DNA of 64,000 nt, taken from Gammaproteobacteria bacterium (lineage in GTDB: Bacteria; Pseudomonadota; Gammaproteobacteria; Chromatiales; Chromatiaceae). The notes beneath the pieces were generated by a model, which was not told the origin of the DNA, did not search any database, and saw nothing but the letters and a program-made list of their open reading frames with translations. Every line of letters begins with the position of its first letter. Position 1 is the first letter of the stretch. Where the stretch lies: contig JAGRGQ010000004.1 in NCBI GenBank assembly GCA_020445405.1, positions 55,354 through 119,353 on the forward strand, in the 5' to 3' direction. A program made the translations under genes and the position numbers. Positions 1 through 10,613 of the stretch are shown here, in pieces.

Positions 1-455
1 TGCAGCAGTTGGGCGATGGTTTCCGGCGGCGGTGGTCTGCCGCCACTGGGGTCATTGCGATGGAATCCCCAGGCGTCTATCAGGTGTCCGATGGCTGGAT
101 TGAACAATCCTTCACTCTGGATCGAAAGCGATTTTCCGAGTCGGACAAGCGGCAGTACCGATGGCGGTGCGGAAAATGTTTCGCCGGTTTCGAGCATTTT
201 GTTGACGTGTCCCAGCGGGCCGGGATCCCAGGCGTGCCAGGATTTGTGCATCTGCAGGAAATCGGCCTCTATTATCCGTGCCGCCTGTTCCGCCTGGTCC
301 GTGGGGATTCCGACTATGGCCAAATCCATCAGTGTGCCAAAAGCCAGGAAGCGGGTATCGTACCGGTTTTGCTTTTGCGAGCATCCGACCACGGCCAGCA
401 GCCCCAGCAGCAGCGTCATCATTACCCGGGTCGCCCAGACAGCGGCTTTGTTCAT
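1..455 (-). CDS. apbE: ApbE-family FAD:protein FMN transferase lipoprotein (N-terminal part; continues beyond the window edge)
   Basis: Not in the ORF track because it has no stop in the window. Manual reverse-strand translation from ATG 455..453 gives MNKAAVWATRVMMTLLLGLLAVVGCSQKQNRYDTRFLAFGTLMDLAIVGIPTDQAEQAARIIEADFLQMHKSWHAWDPGPLG...LFNPAIGHLIDAWGFH. It has a signal peptide with lipobox LAVVGC and ApbE-like FGT and G-x-L-x-D-x-WGF motifs. Its ATG overlaps the gshB stop (ATGA). Confidence 0.55.
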   Translation of the reverse strand, partial: MNKAAVWATRVMMTLLLGLLAVVGCSQKQNRYDTRFLAFGTLMDLAIVGIPTDQAEQAARIIEADFLQMHKSWHAWDPGPLGHVNKMLETGETFSAPPSVLPLVRLGKSLSIQSEGLFNPAIGHLIDAWGFHRNDPSGGRPPPPETIAQLL

Positions 456-1402
456 CTCTGCAATTTTTCCATGATGCTGTCGAGCAGCTGGGCGCTGATG
501 TTTAAACCGAACTGTGCATCCAGTTCTCTGATACAGGTGGGGCTGGTGACGTTTATCTCGGTTAGATAGTCGCCTATGACATCCAGGCCGGCGAAAAGGA
601 TCGACTTCTGCTTGAGCACCGGTGCCACTTGCGAGGCGATCCAGCGGTCGCGCTCCGATAGTGGGATGCCCACACCCTTGCCGCCAACGGCAAGATTGCC
701 GCGATTTTCCCCCGGTTTGGGGATACGCGCCAGGGCGTAGGGTACCGCCTGACCATCCACCATCAATATGCGCTTGTCTCCGGCACGAATCTCGGGAATA
801 AAGCGCTGCACCATAGTGAACTTTCTGCCGTTACCGGTAAGCGTCTCAATGATCACATTGAGATTGGGATCGCCGGCATGGGCGCGAAATATGGAGGCGC
901 CGCCCATACCGCCAAGCGGCTTAATGATCGCCTCCTGGTATCTGTTGACGAAATTGAGAACCTGTTCATGATTCCGGCTTACCAGCGTCTCAGGGCAACA
1001 TTGTGGAAACCAGCTGGTAAACAACTTCTCGTTGCAATCTCTCAGGCTGGACGGACTATTGATGATCAGACAACCTAGTTTTTCAGCATTTTCAAGCAGA
1101 TAAGTAGTATATATGTACTCCATGTCAAACGGTGGATCCTTGCGCATGAGGATAACATCCAATGTATCCAGCGGTGCGGTCCGCTGTTGCGCAAAGCTGA
1201 ACCAGCTGCCCGGATTATCCTCCACTGACAGTTTCTGCATCCTGGCGGATGTTCGATTTTCCGCAAGGAACAGATCATTCTGCTGCATATACCAGATATT
1301 CCAGCCACGCCTCTGGGATTCAAGCAACATTGCAAAAGTGCTGTCTTTTTTGATGTTTATGGACTCTATCGGGTCCATCACAACGCCAAGGGAAATCGTC
1401 AT
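452..1402 (-). CDS. gshB: glutathione synthetase
   Basis: 316 aa. The N-terminus MTISLGVVMDPIESINIKKDSTFAMLLESQRRGW and the ATP-grasp C-terminal region (GGMGGASIF, RILMVDG) are typical of prokaryotic GshB. It sits divergently next to pilG, as in Pseudomonas. Confidence 0.9.
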   Translation of the reverse strand: MTISLGVVMDPIESINIKKDSTFAMLLESQRRGWNIWYMQQNDLFLAENRTSARMQKLSVEDNPGSWFSFAQQRTAPLDTLDVILMRKDPPFDMEYIYTTYLLENAEKLGCLIINSPSSLRDCNEKLFTSWFPQCCPETLVSRNHEQVLNFVNRYQEAIIKPLGGMGGASIFRAHAGDPNLNVIIETLTGNGRKFTMVQRFIPEIRAGDKRILMVDGQAVPYALARIPKPGENRGNLAVGGKGVGIPLSERDRWIASQVAPVLKQKSILFAGLDVIGDYLTEINVTSPTCIRELDAQFGLNISAQLLDSIMEKLQR

Positions 1403-1652
1403 ATCATTATAATACCTGAGGGCGCCGGATTTGTCGGCGGGCGTGGGAAAGTTGTTCTGTATTGCGGTCTATTCCTGCACTTGCTATCGTCCTTAAAGAA
1501 ATTAGAGTCTGAGCCGATACGTTACCCGCAAACCCGGGTTCGGAACGGAGTCAGTCACTGTTATCCCGGGACGCTTCCGCGGGAATTTTCTCTCCCCAGC
1601 AGTGGTGCACCGGCGATACGGATTGTCGTATATGAACAGAGGATATTAGAGA

Positions 1653-2054
1653 GTGGACAACGATCTCGACAGAGATGTCGCCGACCTGAAGATCATGGTG
1701 ATCGACGACAGCAAGACTATCCGGCGAACGGCAGAGCTTTTGTTAAAAAAGGCCGGATGCAGCGTTATGACGGCAACCGATGGATTTGAGGCGCTGGCGC
1801 TTATTGCGGATGGTCGCCCGGACGTGATTTTTGTCGATATCATGATGCCGCGGCTCGATGGTTATCAGACCTGTGCATTGATAAAAAACAGCGAAGAGTT
1901 CAAACACACGCCAGTGATCATGCTCTCCTCCAAAGATGGTCTGTTTGACCGGGCAAGAGGGCGAATCGTGGGATCCGAACAATATCTGACCAAACCTTTC
2001 ACCAAGGACGAGCTTTTGGGGGCGATAAAAAAACATGCGTTAAAGGTGGCTTGA
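1653..2054 (+). CDS. pilG: twitching-motility CheY-like response regulator PilG
   Basis: The sequence MVIDDSKTIRRTAELLLKKAGC...DVIFVDIMMPRLDGYQTCALIKN...TPVIMLSSKDGLFDRARGRIVGSEQYLTKPFTKDELL is near-identical in pattern to Pseudomonas PilG. GTG start at 1653; an alternative ATG lies at 1695. Confidence 0.9.
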   Translation: MDNDLDRDVADLKIMVIDDSKTIRRTAELLLKKAGCSVMTATDGFEALALIADGRPDVIFVDIMMPRLDGYQTCALIKNSEEFKHTPVIMLSSKDGLFDRARGRIVGSEQYLTKPFTKDELLGAIKKHALKVA

Positions 2055-2105
2055 TCGATGTAGGCAGCCTTGGATGCTTAACAGGGATAATCAAACGGTC
2101 AGTAA

Positions 2106-2543
2106 ATGAGAAAATTTTTCAAACGAAGCAAACCGGAACCCCAGGTGCAGAATGCGGTGCTGCAACGGGATGGAACGCCGGTGACCATATTGATTGTAGA
2201 CGATTCGCCTACCGAAACTCATATTCTGAAGGGGATTCTGGAACGTGCGGGTTATCGGGTCATAACCGCCGAAAACGGCGAGCGCGGGGTAAGTTCCGCC
2301 ATAGAATCGACCCCCAGCCTCATCCTGATGGATGTAGTGATGCCCGGACTGAACGGCTTTCAGGCTACCAGACAACTGAGTCAGACCCCGGAAACGGCGG
2401 ATATTCCCATCATCATGGTCTCTACCAAAGGGCAGGAGACAGACCGGGCATGGGGTATGCGTCAGGGTGCCAGGGACTATGTCGTCAAGCCGGTTTCACC
2501 AGATGAACTGCTGGACAAGATCAGTGTGGTGTTGAATGTCTGA
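2106..2543 (+). CDS. pilH: CheY-like response regulator PilH
   Basis: Single receiver domain (ILIVDDSPTE...LILMDVVMPGLNGFQATRQL...IPIIMVSTKGQETDRAWGMRQGARDYVVKP). It is second in the pilGHIJ order. Confidence 0.85.
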   Translation: MRKFFKRSKPEPQVQNAVLQRDGTPVTILIVDDSPTETHILKGILERAGYRVITAENGERGVSSAIESTPSLILMDVVMPGLNGFQATRQLSQTPETADIPIIMVSTKGQETDRAWGMRQGARDYVVKPVSPDELLDKISVVLNV

Positions 2544-3090
2544 GCAGAATTCGATTTCGTCGCGTGATCTGATTTCGCAGCTCAAGGATATGGAGCGGCG
2601 CAGCATCGTCAGGCAGGAAAATCTGCCGCAGCAGGATGAGTCCTACAAACTTTGGGATGGAATCGTCTTCAACCTGATGTCGACACCGGTAGTCGCGCAG
2701 CTCAGCGATATCAGGGAAATACTCAATCTACCTTCATCCATTACCCATGTACCCGGCACCCATAACTGGATGCTGGGTATCGCCAATATTCGCGGTGATC
2801 TGTTGCCGATAACCGACCTGCAGGTGTTTCTGGGCGGCAAGCCCATTGCCATCGGCAAGCGCAGTCGTGTATTGGTTATAGAGCATGAGGGCGCCCGCAT
2901 CGGATTGCTGGTGGGTGGGGTTCAGGGAATCCTCCACTTCAGACCGGATCAGCGGGTTGCCGATAATGAACTTTCCGGAGATTTGGCCAAATATTCTACG
3001 GAGTCCTTCGTGGTAGCCGAAGAGAGCTGGCCGGTATTCAATGTTCGGCGTTTGACAGAAGATTCCGAATTCCAGATGGCCGCGGTCTGA
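2536..3090 (+). CDS. pilI: CheW-like coupling protein PilI
   Basis: 184-aa CheW-domain-like sequence (GIANIRGDLLPITDLQVFLG...RVLVIEHEGARIGLLV). It overlaps the pilH stop by 8 nt and lies between pilH and pilJ. Confidence 0.8.
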   Translation: MSEQNSISSRDLISQLKDMERRSIVRQENLPQQDESYKLWDGIVFNLMSTPVVAQLSDIREILNLPSSITHVPGTHNWMLGIANIRGDLLPITDLQVFLGGKPIAIGKRSRVLVIEHEGARIGLLVGGVQGILHFRPDQRVADNELSGDLAKYSTESFVVAEESWPVFNVRRLTEDSEFQMAAV

Positions 3091-3174
3091 TTGCCCGCTT
3101 TCAACCACCTGACCCCTGAACCATTAAATGTATGATACAGAACGATACAAAGCCCTCTGGGGAGAATATCTGAA

Positions 3175-5223
3175 ATGAATAGACAGTCTGCACAAGGAGC
3201 TGGCAGCAAAACCGCCTCCAAAACGCCCATCGTCGTTTTATCTCTCGGCCTGCTGCTATCAATTGGCATGCTGGTAGCGCTGATCGTGCATATTGCGAGA
3301 CAGTCGGGCTATGAAGAACAATACCAGCTGCGTGCTGGGGAACAGCGGGTTGTGTCCCAGAGAATAGAAAAAAGTGCGTTGGCGGCAGCCTCGGGGAAAA
3401 CGGAGGGTTTTGTTCAGCTGCGCGCTTCACGCGACGAATTTGAGCGGTTGGTCAGTGAATTGAAAACGGGCGTACCAGCGCTCGGAGTACCCGCATCCCC
3501 ACCGGAAGTTTCGAATGAATTGAATGCAATGGATAGCGCCTGGCAAAAGCTACGGCAGAATGCGGATGACATACTTGCCAATCAGCAGTCGATAGTGTCG
3601 GTGCGCGAATTTGTCAGCCGGATCACTGGATTGATTCCAAAGCTGGAAGCGCGCTCCGGCGAGTTGGTTGCCAAGCTCGTTGACAGTGGTGCGGCAGCCG
3701 GCCTGGTGGCGCAGGCGTCGGAGCAGCAGATGCTCGCCGAACGCATCGACAAGAATGTCTCCAGTATATTGCAGGGTGGACCAACTACAGAAGCGGCTAT
3801 CGACCAGATCAGTAAAGACAAGTCGCGTTTCGAACGGTTGCTGGATAGTATGAAAAAGAGCGGTTCTTCATCTGGTGGTGAGACATCGCGGGATGTGGGG
3901 GTGCTGCAGAGGCTTGCTGAGGTGAGCGATGTTTTCAAGGCGATAGACGAGAGCGCATCGCAAATCGTCGAAACAGTTCCGGCACTGCTGCCGGCGCTGA
4001 ATGCCACTGGTCAGATCAGCGATAACGCTGACGGTGTCAATAAGGCCGCTTCCGATCTGATCGATGCTTTTGGCGAAGGCCCGGGCAGATTCAGGCTCGG
4101 CGGTTTCGCTGCCGGACCGATTATGGTTGCTGCGGTCAGTATACTGGGCGCGCTGTTTCTGTTGCTGATAATGGTACTTCAGATCAACAATTCGAAACGC
4201 AGGGAGGTGGACAGCAAGCAACAGAACGAACGAAACCAGCAGGCGATTCTGCGGCTGCTAGACGAAATGGGCGATCTTGCGGACGGCGACCTGACAGTTA
4301 CCGCAACGGTGACTGAAGACGTCACGGGGGCGATTGCGGACTCCATCAACTATGCAATCGAGGCGCTGCGTTCACTGGTGACGACCATCAACCAGACAGC
4401 GGACAAAGTTTCCAATTCCGCTCAGGAGAGCCGTGCTACGGCAATGCATCTGGCTGAGGCCAGCGATCATCAGGCGGAGCAACTGGTTTCCACCACCTAT
4501 TCGATCAAAGAGATGACACTGGCAATGGATCAGATGGCAGCCGACGCCACAGAGTCCTCCGAAATCGCCCAGCGTTCCGTGGAAATTGCGGCGAAGGGTG
4601 CCAGCACCGTACGTCACGCCATTCAGGGCATGGACACCATTCGAGAGCAGATCCAGGAGACTTCCAAACGCATCAAGCGACTCGGGGAGAGTTCCCAGGA
4701 GATCGGGGATATTGTCGAGTTGATTGACGATATTGCCGATCAGACCAATATTCTGGCGCTGAACGCGGCAATGCAGGCCGCCATGGCAGGTGAAGCAGGG
4801 CGCGGCTTTGCGGTGGTTGCCGACGAAGTGCAGCGGCTTGCGGAGCGTTCAAGCAACGCCACCAAGCAGATTGAGGCGCTGGTTAAAACGATTCGAGCGG
4901 ACACCAACGAAGCGGTGAGTTCGATGGAGAACACCACCCGGGACGTCGTCTACGGCGCCAAGCTGTCGGAAGATGCCGGTGAGGCGCTGAAAGAGATCGA
5001 GAACGTATCCCAGCATATCTCAGAGCGTATCAGCGCGGTTGCCGCGTCTGCTCAAAAACAGTCCGATTCGGCTGGGCGTATCGACCAGACGATGGGCGTA
5101 ATCAGGGAGATAACCACTCAAACTTCGGACAGCACCAGCCAGACGGCTGCCTCTATTGGGGTCCTGGCGGATCTTGCTGAAGAGCTGCAACACTCGGTAT
5201 CCGGTTTCCGCCTGCCAAAATGA
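3175..5223 (+). CDS. pilJ: methyl-accepting chemotaxis protein PilJ
   Basis: 682 aa. It has an N-terminal TM segment, a second TM segment near aa 320-340, and the conserved MCP signalling hairpin ([40 protein letters not shown]). Confidence 0.88.
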   Translation: MNRQSAQGAGSKTASKTPIVVLSLGLLLSIGMLVALIVHIARQSGYEEQYQLRAGEQRVVSQRIEKSALAAASGKTEGFVQLRASRDEFERLVSELKTGVPALGVPASPPEVSNELNAMDSAWQKLRQNADDILANQQSIVSVREFVSRITGLIPKLEARSGELVAKLVDSGAAAGLVAQASEQQMLAERIDKNVSSILQGGPTTEAAIDQISKDKSRFERLLDSMKKSGSSSGGETSRDVGVLQRLAEVSDVFKAIDESASQIVETVPALLPALNATGQISDNADGVNKAASDLIDAFGEGPGRFRLGGFAAGPIMVAAVSILGALFLLLIMVLQINNSKRREVDSKQQNERNQQAILRLLDEMGDLADGDLTVTATVTEDVTGAIADSINYAIEALRSLVTTINQTADKVSNSAQESRATAMHLAEASDHQAEQLVSTTYSIKEMTLAMDQMAADATESSEIAQRSVEIAAKGASTVRHAIQGMDTIREQIQETSKRIKRLGESSQEIGDIVELIDDIADQTNILALNAAMQAAMAGEAGRGFAVVADEVQRLAERSSNATKQIEALVKTIRADTNEAVSSMENTTRDVVYGAKLSEDAGEALKEIENVSQHISERISAVAASAQKQSDSAGRIDQTMGVIREITTQTSDSTSQTAASIGVLADLAEELQHSVSGFRLPK

Positions 5224-5297
5224 TGCGGAAAACGGTACGCAGACCAAGTGCAACAATGTTCCGCTGATTGTCACTGTTAAGGAGTTGATGAGCCGAG

Positions 5298-8200
5298 ATG
5301 AGGGATGCCCACGATCATAGCAAGCTGAAATGGATCAGAACTGAGCTCGATTTGCTGCTCAGCCAGTCCAGCCGCGCTTTAGAGGACTATGCCGAGGGCA
5401 TTGGCGGGAAGGAGCTGATCGACAGCTGTATAAATCATTTGCATCAGGTGCGCGGTACACTGCAACTGCTGCAACTTTACGGAGCGGCCATGCTGGCCGA
5501 GGAGATGGAGCTGGTTGCCATCGCCATCCGGGATGACCAGGTCAGTCAGCAGGATGCGGCCACGGAGACGCTGATGCTCGGTCTGGTTCACCTGCCCACC
5601 TATCTTGAAAAGTTGGAGAGCGGCGCGCGCGATATACCATTGCTGGTGTTGCCGATGCTAAACGAACTGCGCGCCGCACGGGATGCGTCGCTGCTGTCCG
5701 AAGTTGCGCTGTTCGCACCTGAACTGGAGCAGATTCTGGGGTCTGATCAGATCGTCGGCGAAGCGAATCCGGAGCTGCAGGAGCTGGCGCGCAGGCTGAG
5801 GCTTAAATATCACCAGGGACTGATCAAGTGGTACCGCGATCTGGATGTCGACGATGGATTGAAAACCATCGGCTCGGTGTTATCCGAACTATCGCAGCAT
5901 GCCGGGACGGACAAGGTCAGTCGCCTGTTCAAAGCGGGATGGGCCGTTACCGAAGGTCTGCGTGAGGAGGGGGGGAGTAAACCGGGGTTCGCGTTTAAGG
6001 AGCTGTTCGGCAAACTCGATCGGGAGATCAAGAGAATCATTGACGTCGGCGAGGAGCTGGCTGCAGAGGCGCCGACCAATGAACTGTTGAAAAACTTTCT
6101 TTACTATGTGGCAAGTTCCGGCTCAGATATCCCGTTGATCGATGAGGTTCGTCAGACGTTCGGTCTGAAACAGGGCTTTTTCAGTAAAGAGGAGATAGAT
6201 AGGGAGCGGGAGTCGCTGCAGTCGTTTGACCAGGATCTGCTGGGCTCGCTGCGTATTGCAATAGGGGCCGATCTTACATCGATCAAGGATGGACTGGACC
6301 TTTTTATCCGCAGCGCCGAAAGCGACGTGGCGCGGCTGCGGGAACTGGAGGTGCCGGTACGCAAGGTGGCTGACACGCTGGGCATGATCGGTCAGGGGGC
6401 GCTCAGGGAGCGTCTCAAGCGCCAGGCCGACTGGCTGAAAACACTGGCCGATCCGGAGCAGCAGGTTGATGAGCAGATGCTTATGTCGATGGCCGGGGAT
6501 ATCCTGTTCATTGAAACATCGTTGGACAATCTCGCCTCGCTGAAACAGAAAACCGGGCTCTCCGGTACAGATGAGAGCGACGCTGTGTCTCATCTCCCGG
6601 CGGGAGAGTTTGACAAACTCACCGACTCGGTTCTCCACGAAGCCGAGGTGGACATGGCGAAAAACCGCGAAGCCATCGTCAACTATATCGCCAGCCCCCA
6701 GGCACCCGAGCTGCTGGAGGATGTGCCTGCCCGGTTCAGAGCGGTAGCCGGAGCCTTCAGTATCCTGAACCAGCAGAAGGCCGCACGGTTGCTGCACGGT
6801 TTATCACGGTTTGTGGAAAATACGCTGCGTCAGGGAGGTGAGCTGCCCCCCGCCGAAGAGCTGAATCGATTTGCCGATGCCATGAGCTCGGTCGAGTATT
6901 TTATGGAGGGAGTGACCGAGGGACGAGGCGCGCAACCGGAAATTCTGCAGATAGCAGAGAAAGCGCTGGTGGGACTGGGTGTTCTGGAGGCGTCGGAAAC
7001 AACGCCGGATATGGCGACATCTGATGTGGGTGCATTGGAAACTGCTGCAACAGGCGAGGGTGAAGCCGAACCGGAATCGATCGAACATGCGTTTGAATCG
7101 GAGCCGGCCGAAGCAGCTGGCGAGGAGTCTTATATCTCCGCCGAGAAGCCGACTCACGAAGCCATAGACCCGGAGATTCTGGAAATATTCATGGAGGAGG
7201 CGACGGAGGAGCTGGATAGTATTCAGACTTATCTGCCGCGCTGGTGCAATGACAGCGGAGACAGTGAGGCGTTGACAATCGCGCGTCGTTCTTTTCATAC
7301 ACTGAAGGGAAGCGGACGGCTGGTAGGTGCCACCAACATCGGCGAGTTCGCCTGGTCTATCGAAAATCTGCTGAATCGGGTGATTGAAAAAACGGTCGAC
7401 GTCTCGTCAGAGCTGCTGGGGCTGATGCGGGAGGCGCTGGAGATATTGCCGCGGCTGATTGAGAACCAGCGCTCGGGTGCGTCCGTAGGGGAAGGGGTGG
7501 CGCAGCTGATGAGTCGCGCGTTTGACCTGGCCGGCGGAGGCGCAGTCCAGGCAGAGGGACTCCCCGCGTCCGGCAGCGATGCGGCGGAGCCACAGGAGAT
7601 GGATCAGATTGCATCGCCGACAGAGACATTCGAGGCCGCAGGCACGGAAGCCGAATGGGAAGAAGAGGCGCACGGTGCTCCCGTGCTGGAAATGGATGCG
7701 GAGTTGGCCGAAATCTATCTTCCTGAAACCCGGGGCCATATTGCCGAGCTGAACGAATTTATAAATGACTGCCGTCAGGATCCGGAAAAATGCGATCTGA
7801 ACGGAGCCAATATTTCACGCGCTCTGCACACGCTGCACGGCAGCGCAGAGATGGCTGGTGTTGACAGTATCGCAGCGCTGAGCGCGGCGCTGGAGGGATA
7901 CATCAAACAATTGATTGTGTCCGACAACGGGCTGGCCGACGAATCAGTCCTCACCCTCATCGAAGCGTGTTCCAACTGTTTTTCGTCATTGCTGGATGCG
8001 GTCAATCAACCGGACTTTATTCTGCCCGACTGGCACGCTTTGCTGGACCGGATAGAAGCGCAGGCGCAACAGCTTCTGGAGGCGACGGCAACACAGGAGG
8101 CGGCGTCAGAACCAGAACCCGTCAAAGCGCCTGAAGAGGAGATTCCGGTTACCGGGGCAGAGGTTATCCCATTGCCGGTTTCAAGGATGGAAAAGACTCC

Positions 8201-10613
8201 GGCAGTATCCAGCGAGGGATTAGAGTTCGACGAGATCGAGGGGGAAGAGGATCTCATCGAAATATTCAGCGAAGAGGCGCGGGAATTGGTGGAGTCGGTG
8301 GAGCAGTCGCTGCAGGAATGGCGCGCGCATCCCGATAATCCGGCGCCGTTGAGCGATCTTCAGCGTACCCTGCATACGTTGAAAGGAGGCGCGCGCCTTT
8401 CCGGTGTGATGGCGATGGGAAACCTGAGTCATGCCTTTGAAACTCTGCTGTCGGAGGTCGATCAACAGCAGACCGCCAATCTGGCGGAAATCATGGAACT
8501 GTCACAACTGGTCTCCGACAGACTGGCCGAGCAGATCGAGGATATCGGGATCGGACCGCGGGTTCGTCGCAGCGATGATCTGATCCAGCGACTGGAGCGT
8601 CTCTCCGGCGGCACTGAAATTGAAGAGGCGGAACCCGAGTTGCCGGTTACGCCGAGTCCGGAGGTCCTTCAGACCGAGGATGAGCAGAGCGTGCCGGAGG
8701 AACCGGTAACCATGAGGCAGCAGGCGGTCGTCAGCGCCAGTCCGGATAAACCGGCAACAGAAGCAAAGACAGCGCGCGGGAGGCGCGAGCAGATCAGAGT
8801 GCAGGCGGATCTGCTCGACAAGCTTGTCAATAACGCCGGTGAGGTTAGCATTTATCGTTCCCGGCTTGAGCAGCAGAATAATACGCTGGGATTCAACCTC
8901 AAAGAGTTGGAACAGACTGTGGATCGGCTGCGTGCACAGTTGCGCAGTCTGGATATCGAAACAGAGGCGCAGATTCTGTTTCGTTACGAACGTGAAAAAG
9001 AGGAGAGAGAAACACCGGAAACTGCTTTCGATCCGCTCGAGATGGATCGTTTCTCCACGATTCAGCAGTTGTCACGCAGTCTGTTGGAAACGGTCAACGA
9101 CCTTACCAACATCAATGGATACCTGGAAGACCTGAACAAGGAGACGGAAACCCTGCTGCTGCAGCAAGCCAGAGTTGCGGCCGATCTCCAGGATGGTCTG
9201 CTGCATACCCGTATGGTTCCGTTTTCACAGCAGGTTCCGCGGTTGCAGAGGGTAGTCCGCCAGACTGCGGCCTCGCTGGGCAAACTGGCGGAATTGCATG
9301 TCAAAGGTGCCGAGGGAGAGTTGGATCGGGGCATACTCGACCGCATGATCGGTCCGCTTGAACATGTCCTGAGAAATGCCGTTTCCCACGGCATAGAGAT
9401 TCCGGAACAGCGCAAGGAGCTCGGAAAAAATCCTACCGGGTCCATCTTGTTGAACGTTATCCGCGAGGGCAATGATATTGTTGTAAGTGTTTCGGATGAC
9501 GGTGCCGGTCTCGACACGGAAGCGATACGCAGGCAGGCAATCGATTCCGGACTTCTGGATGCCACTGCAGAGGTGCCCGACAACGTTGTCATCCAGTTCG
9601 TGTTGGAACATGGCTTCAGCACGAAACGCGAAGTTACCCAGATTTCGGGCCGCGGCGTCGGACTGGACGTGGTCATCAAGGAGGTCAAGAATCTCGGGGG
9701 TTCGTTGGATATTAATTCGACTCAGGGAGAGGGGACCTCTTTTACCATACGTCTGCCGCTGACACTTGCGATCAGCGATGCGCTCCTGGTGGAACTGGGA
9801 GATGAAATATACGCAGTTCCGCATATCAGTATTGAAGGTGTAGTACGCGTCAGCAGGACAGAGCTGCTCAACTCGTATGACGGCCGCTCTGCATTCTTCA
9901 ATTATGCTGATCACGACTATCGTGTGCGCTATCTTGGCGCACTTCTGGGTATCGGGCAGCTGAATCTCTCTGAGCAGAGGAAATGGTATCCGCTGTTGCT
10001 GGTGCGGGCAGGCGATCACCGGATTGCACTTCAGGTTGATGGTCTGCTGGGCAATCGGCAAATCGTGGTGAAATCGGTCGGTCCCCAGATCAGTACGGTG
10101 CGTTGGATATCCGGTGGTACGATACTCGGAGATGGCCGGGTGGCACTGATCCTGGATATGACCGCGTTGGTTCGCATGGATGCCGTGCATAACATTCCGT
10201 CGCAATTGGAGCTGCCACCGGCTATCCACGCTCCTCCGCAAAATGTTGTCATGGTGGTGGACGATTCGATTACGGTGCGCAAAGTGACCGGACGCGTGCT
10301 TGAGCGCAACGGCATGAAAGTGATAACCGCCAAGGATGGTGTGGATGCAGTTGCGCAACTGCAGGAGCAGCTGCCGGACGTTATGCTGCTGGATATTGAA
10401 ATGCCCCGCATGGACGGCTATGAACTGGCGCGGCATATGCGGAATACTGAAGAGCTGAAATCCATTCCGATTATTATGATTACCTCCCGAACAGGAGATA
10501 AACACAGACAGCTGGCGCTGGATCTGGGGGTCAGGCGTTATCTCGGTAAACCGTACCAGGAGGCGGAATTGTTGGACAATATCTATTCGGTATTGGCTGA
10601 GGTGAGCCCATGA
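5298..10613 (+). CDS. chpA: hybrid CheA-type histidine kinase ChpA/PilL with multiple Hpt-like domains, a CheW domain and a C-terminal receiver
   Basis: 1771 aa.
- Hpt-like motifs: INHLHQVRGTLQLL, SFHTLKGSGRLVGA, ALHTLHGSAEMAGV, TLHTLKGGARLSGV.
- Two His-less Hpt-like segments: VADTLGMIGQG, AVAGAFSILNQ.
- Dimerisation region: IRVQADLLDKLVNNAGEV.
- HATPase boxes: HVLRNAVSHGIE, DDGAGLD, GRGVGLDVV.
- CheW-like region.
- Receiver: VVMVVDDSITVRKV...LLDIEMPRMDGYEL. Confidence 0.92.
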   Translation: MRDAHDHSKLKWIRTELDLLLSQSSRALEDYAEGIGGKELIDSCINHLHQVRGTLQLLQLYGAAMLAEEMELVAIAIRDDQVSQQDAATETLMLGLVHLPTYLEKLESGARDIPLLVLPMLNELRAARDASLLSEVALFAPELEQILGSDQIVGEANPELQELARRLRLKYHQGLIKWYRDLDVDDGLKTIGSVLSELSQHAGTDKVSRLFKAGWAVTEGLREEGGSKPGFAFKELFGKLDREIKRIIDVGEELAAEAPTNELLKNFLYYVASSGSDIPLIDEVRQTFGLKQGFFSKEEIDRERESLQSFDQDLLGSLRIAIGADLTSIKDGLDLFIRSAESDVARLRELEVPVRKVADTLGMIGQGALRERLKRQADWLKTLADPEQQVDEQMLMSMAGDILFIETSLDNLASLKQKTGLSGTDESDAVSHLPAGEFDKLTDSVLHEAEVDMAKNREAIVNYIASPQAPELLEDVPARFRAVAGAFSILNQQKAARLLHGLSRFVENTLRQGGELPPAEELNRFADAMSSVEYFMEGVTEGRGAQPEILQIAEKALVGLGVLEASETTPDMATSDVGALETAATGEGEAEPESIEHAFESEPAEAAGEESYISAEKPTHEAIDPEILEIFMEEATEELDSIQTYLPRWCNDSGDSEALTIARRSFHTLKGSGRLVGATNIGEFAWSIENLLNRVIEKTVDVSSELLGLMREALEILPRLIENQRSGASVGEGVAQLMSRAFDLAGGGAVQAEGLPASGSDAAEPQEMDQIASPTETFEAAGTEAEWEEEAHGAPVLEMDAELAEIYLPETRGHIAELNEFINDCRQDPEKCDLNGANISRALHTLHGSAEMAGVDSIAALSAALEGYIKQLIVSDNGLADESVLTLIEACSNCFSSLLDAVNQPDFILPDWHALLDRIEAQAQQLLEATATQEAASEPEPVKAPEEEIPVTGAEVIPLPVSRMEKTPAVSSEGLEFDEIEGEEDLIEIFSEEARELVESVEQSLQEWRAHPDNPAPLSDLQRTLHTLKGGARLSGVMAMGNLSHAFETLLSEVDQQQTANLAEIMELSQLVSDRLAEQIEDIGIGPRVRRSDDLIQRLERLSGGTEIEEAEPELPVTPSPEVLQTEDEQSVPEEPVTMRQQAVVSASPDKPATEAKTARGRREQIRVQADLLDKLVNNAGEVSIYRSRLEQQNNTLGFNLKELEQTVDRLRAQLRSLDIETEAQILFRYEREKEERETPETAFDPLEMDRFSTIQQLSRSLLETVNDLTNINGYLEDLNKETETLLLQQARVAADLQDGLLHTRMVPFSQQVPRLQRVVRQTAASLGKLAELHVKGAEGELDRGILDRMIGPLEHVLRNAVSHGIEIPEQRKELGKNPTGSILLNVIREGNDIVVSVSDDGAGLDTEAIRRQAIDSGLLDATAEVPDNVVIQFVLEHGFSTKREVTQISGRGVGLDVVIKEVKNLGGSLDINSTQGEGTSFTIRLPLTLAISDALLVELGDEIYAVPHISIEGVVRVSRTELLNSYDGRSAFFNYADHDYRVRYLGALLGIGQLNLSEQRKWYPLLLVRAGDHRIALQVDGLLGNRQIVVKSVGPQISTVRWISGGTILGDGRVALILDMTALVRMDAVHNIPSQLELPPAIHAPPQNVVMVVDDSITVRKVTGRVLERNGMKVITAKDGVDAVAQLQEQLPDVMLLDIEMPRMDGYELARHMRNTEELKSIPIIMITSRTGDKHRQLALDLGVRRYLGKPYQEAELLDNIYSVLAEVSP

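Noticed and set aside
9-569. Plus-strand ORFs at the left edge (9-569, 16-474, 278-505).
   Set aside because: The minus strand here encodes a coherent ApbE-like lipoprotein N-terminus and the gshB C-terminus. The plus-strand translations have no motifs and overlap both genes.
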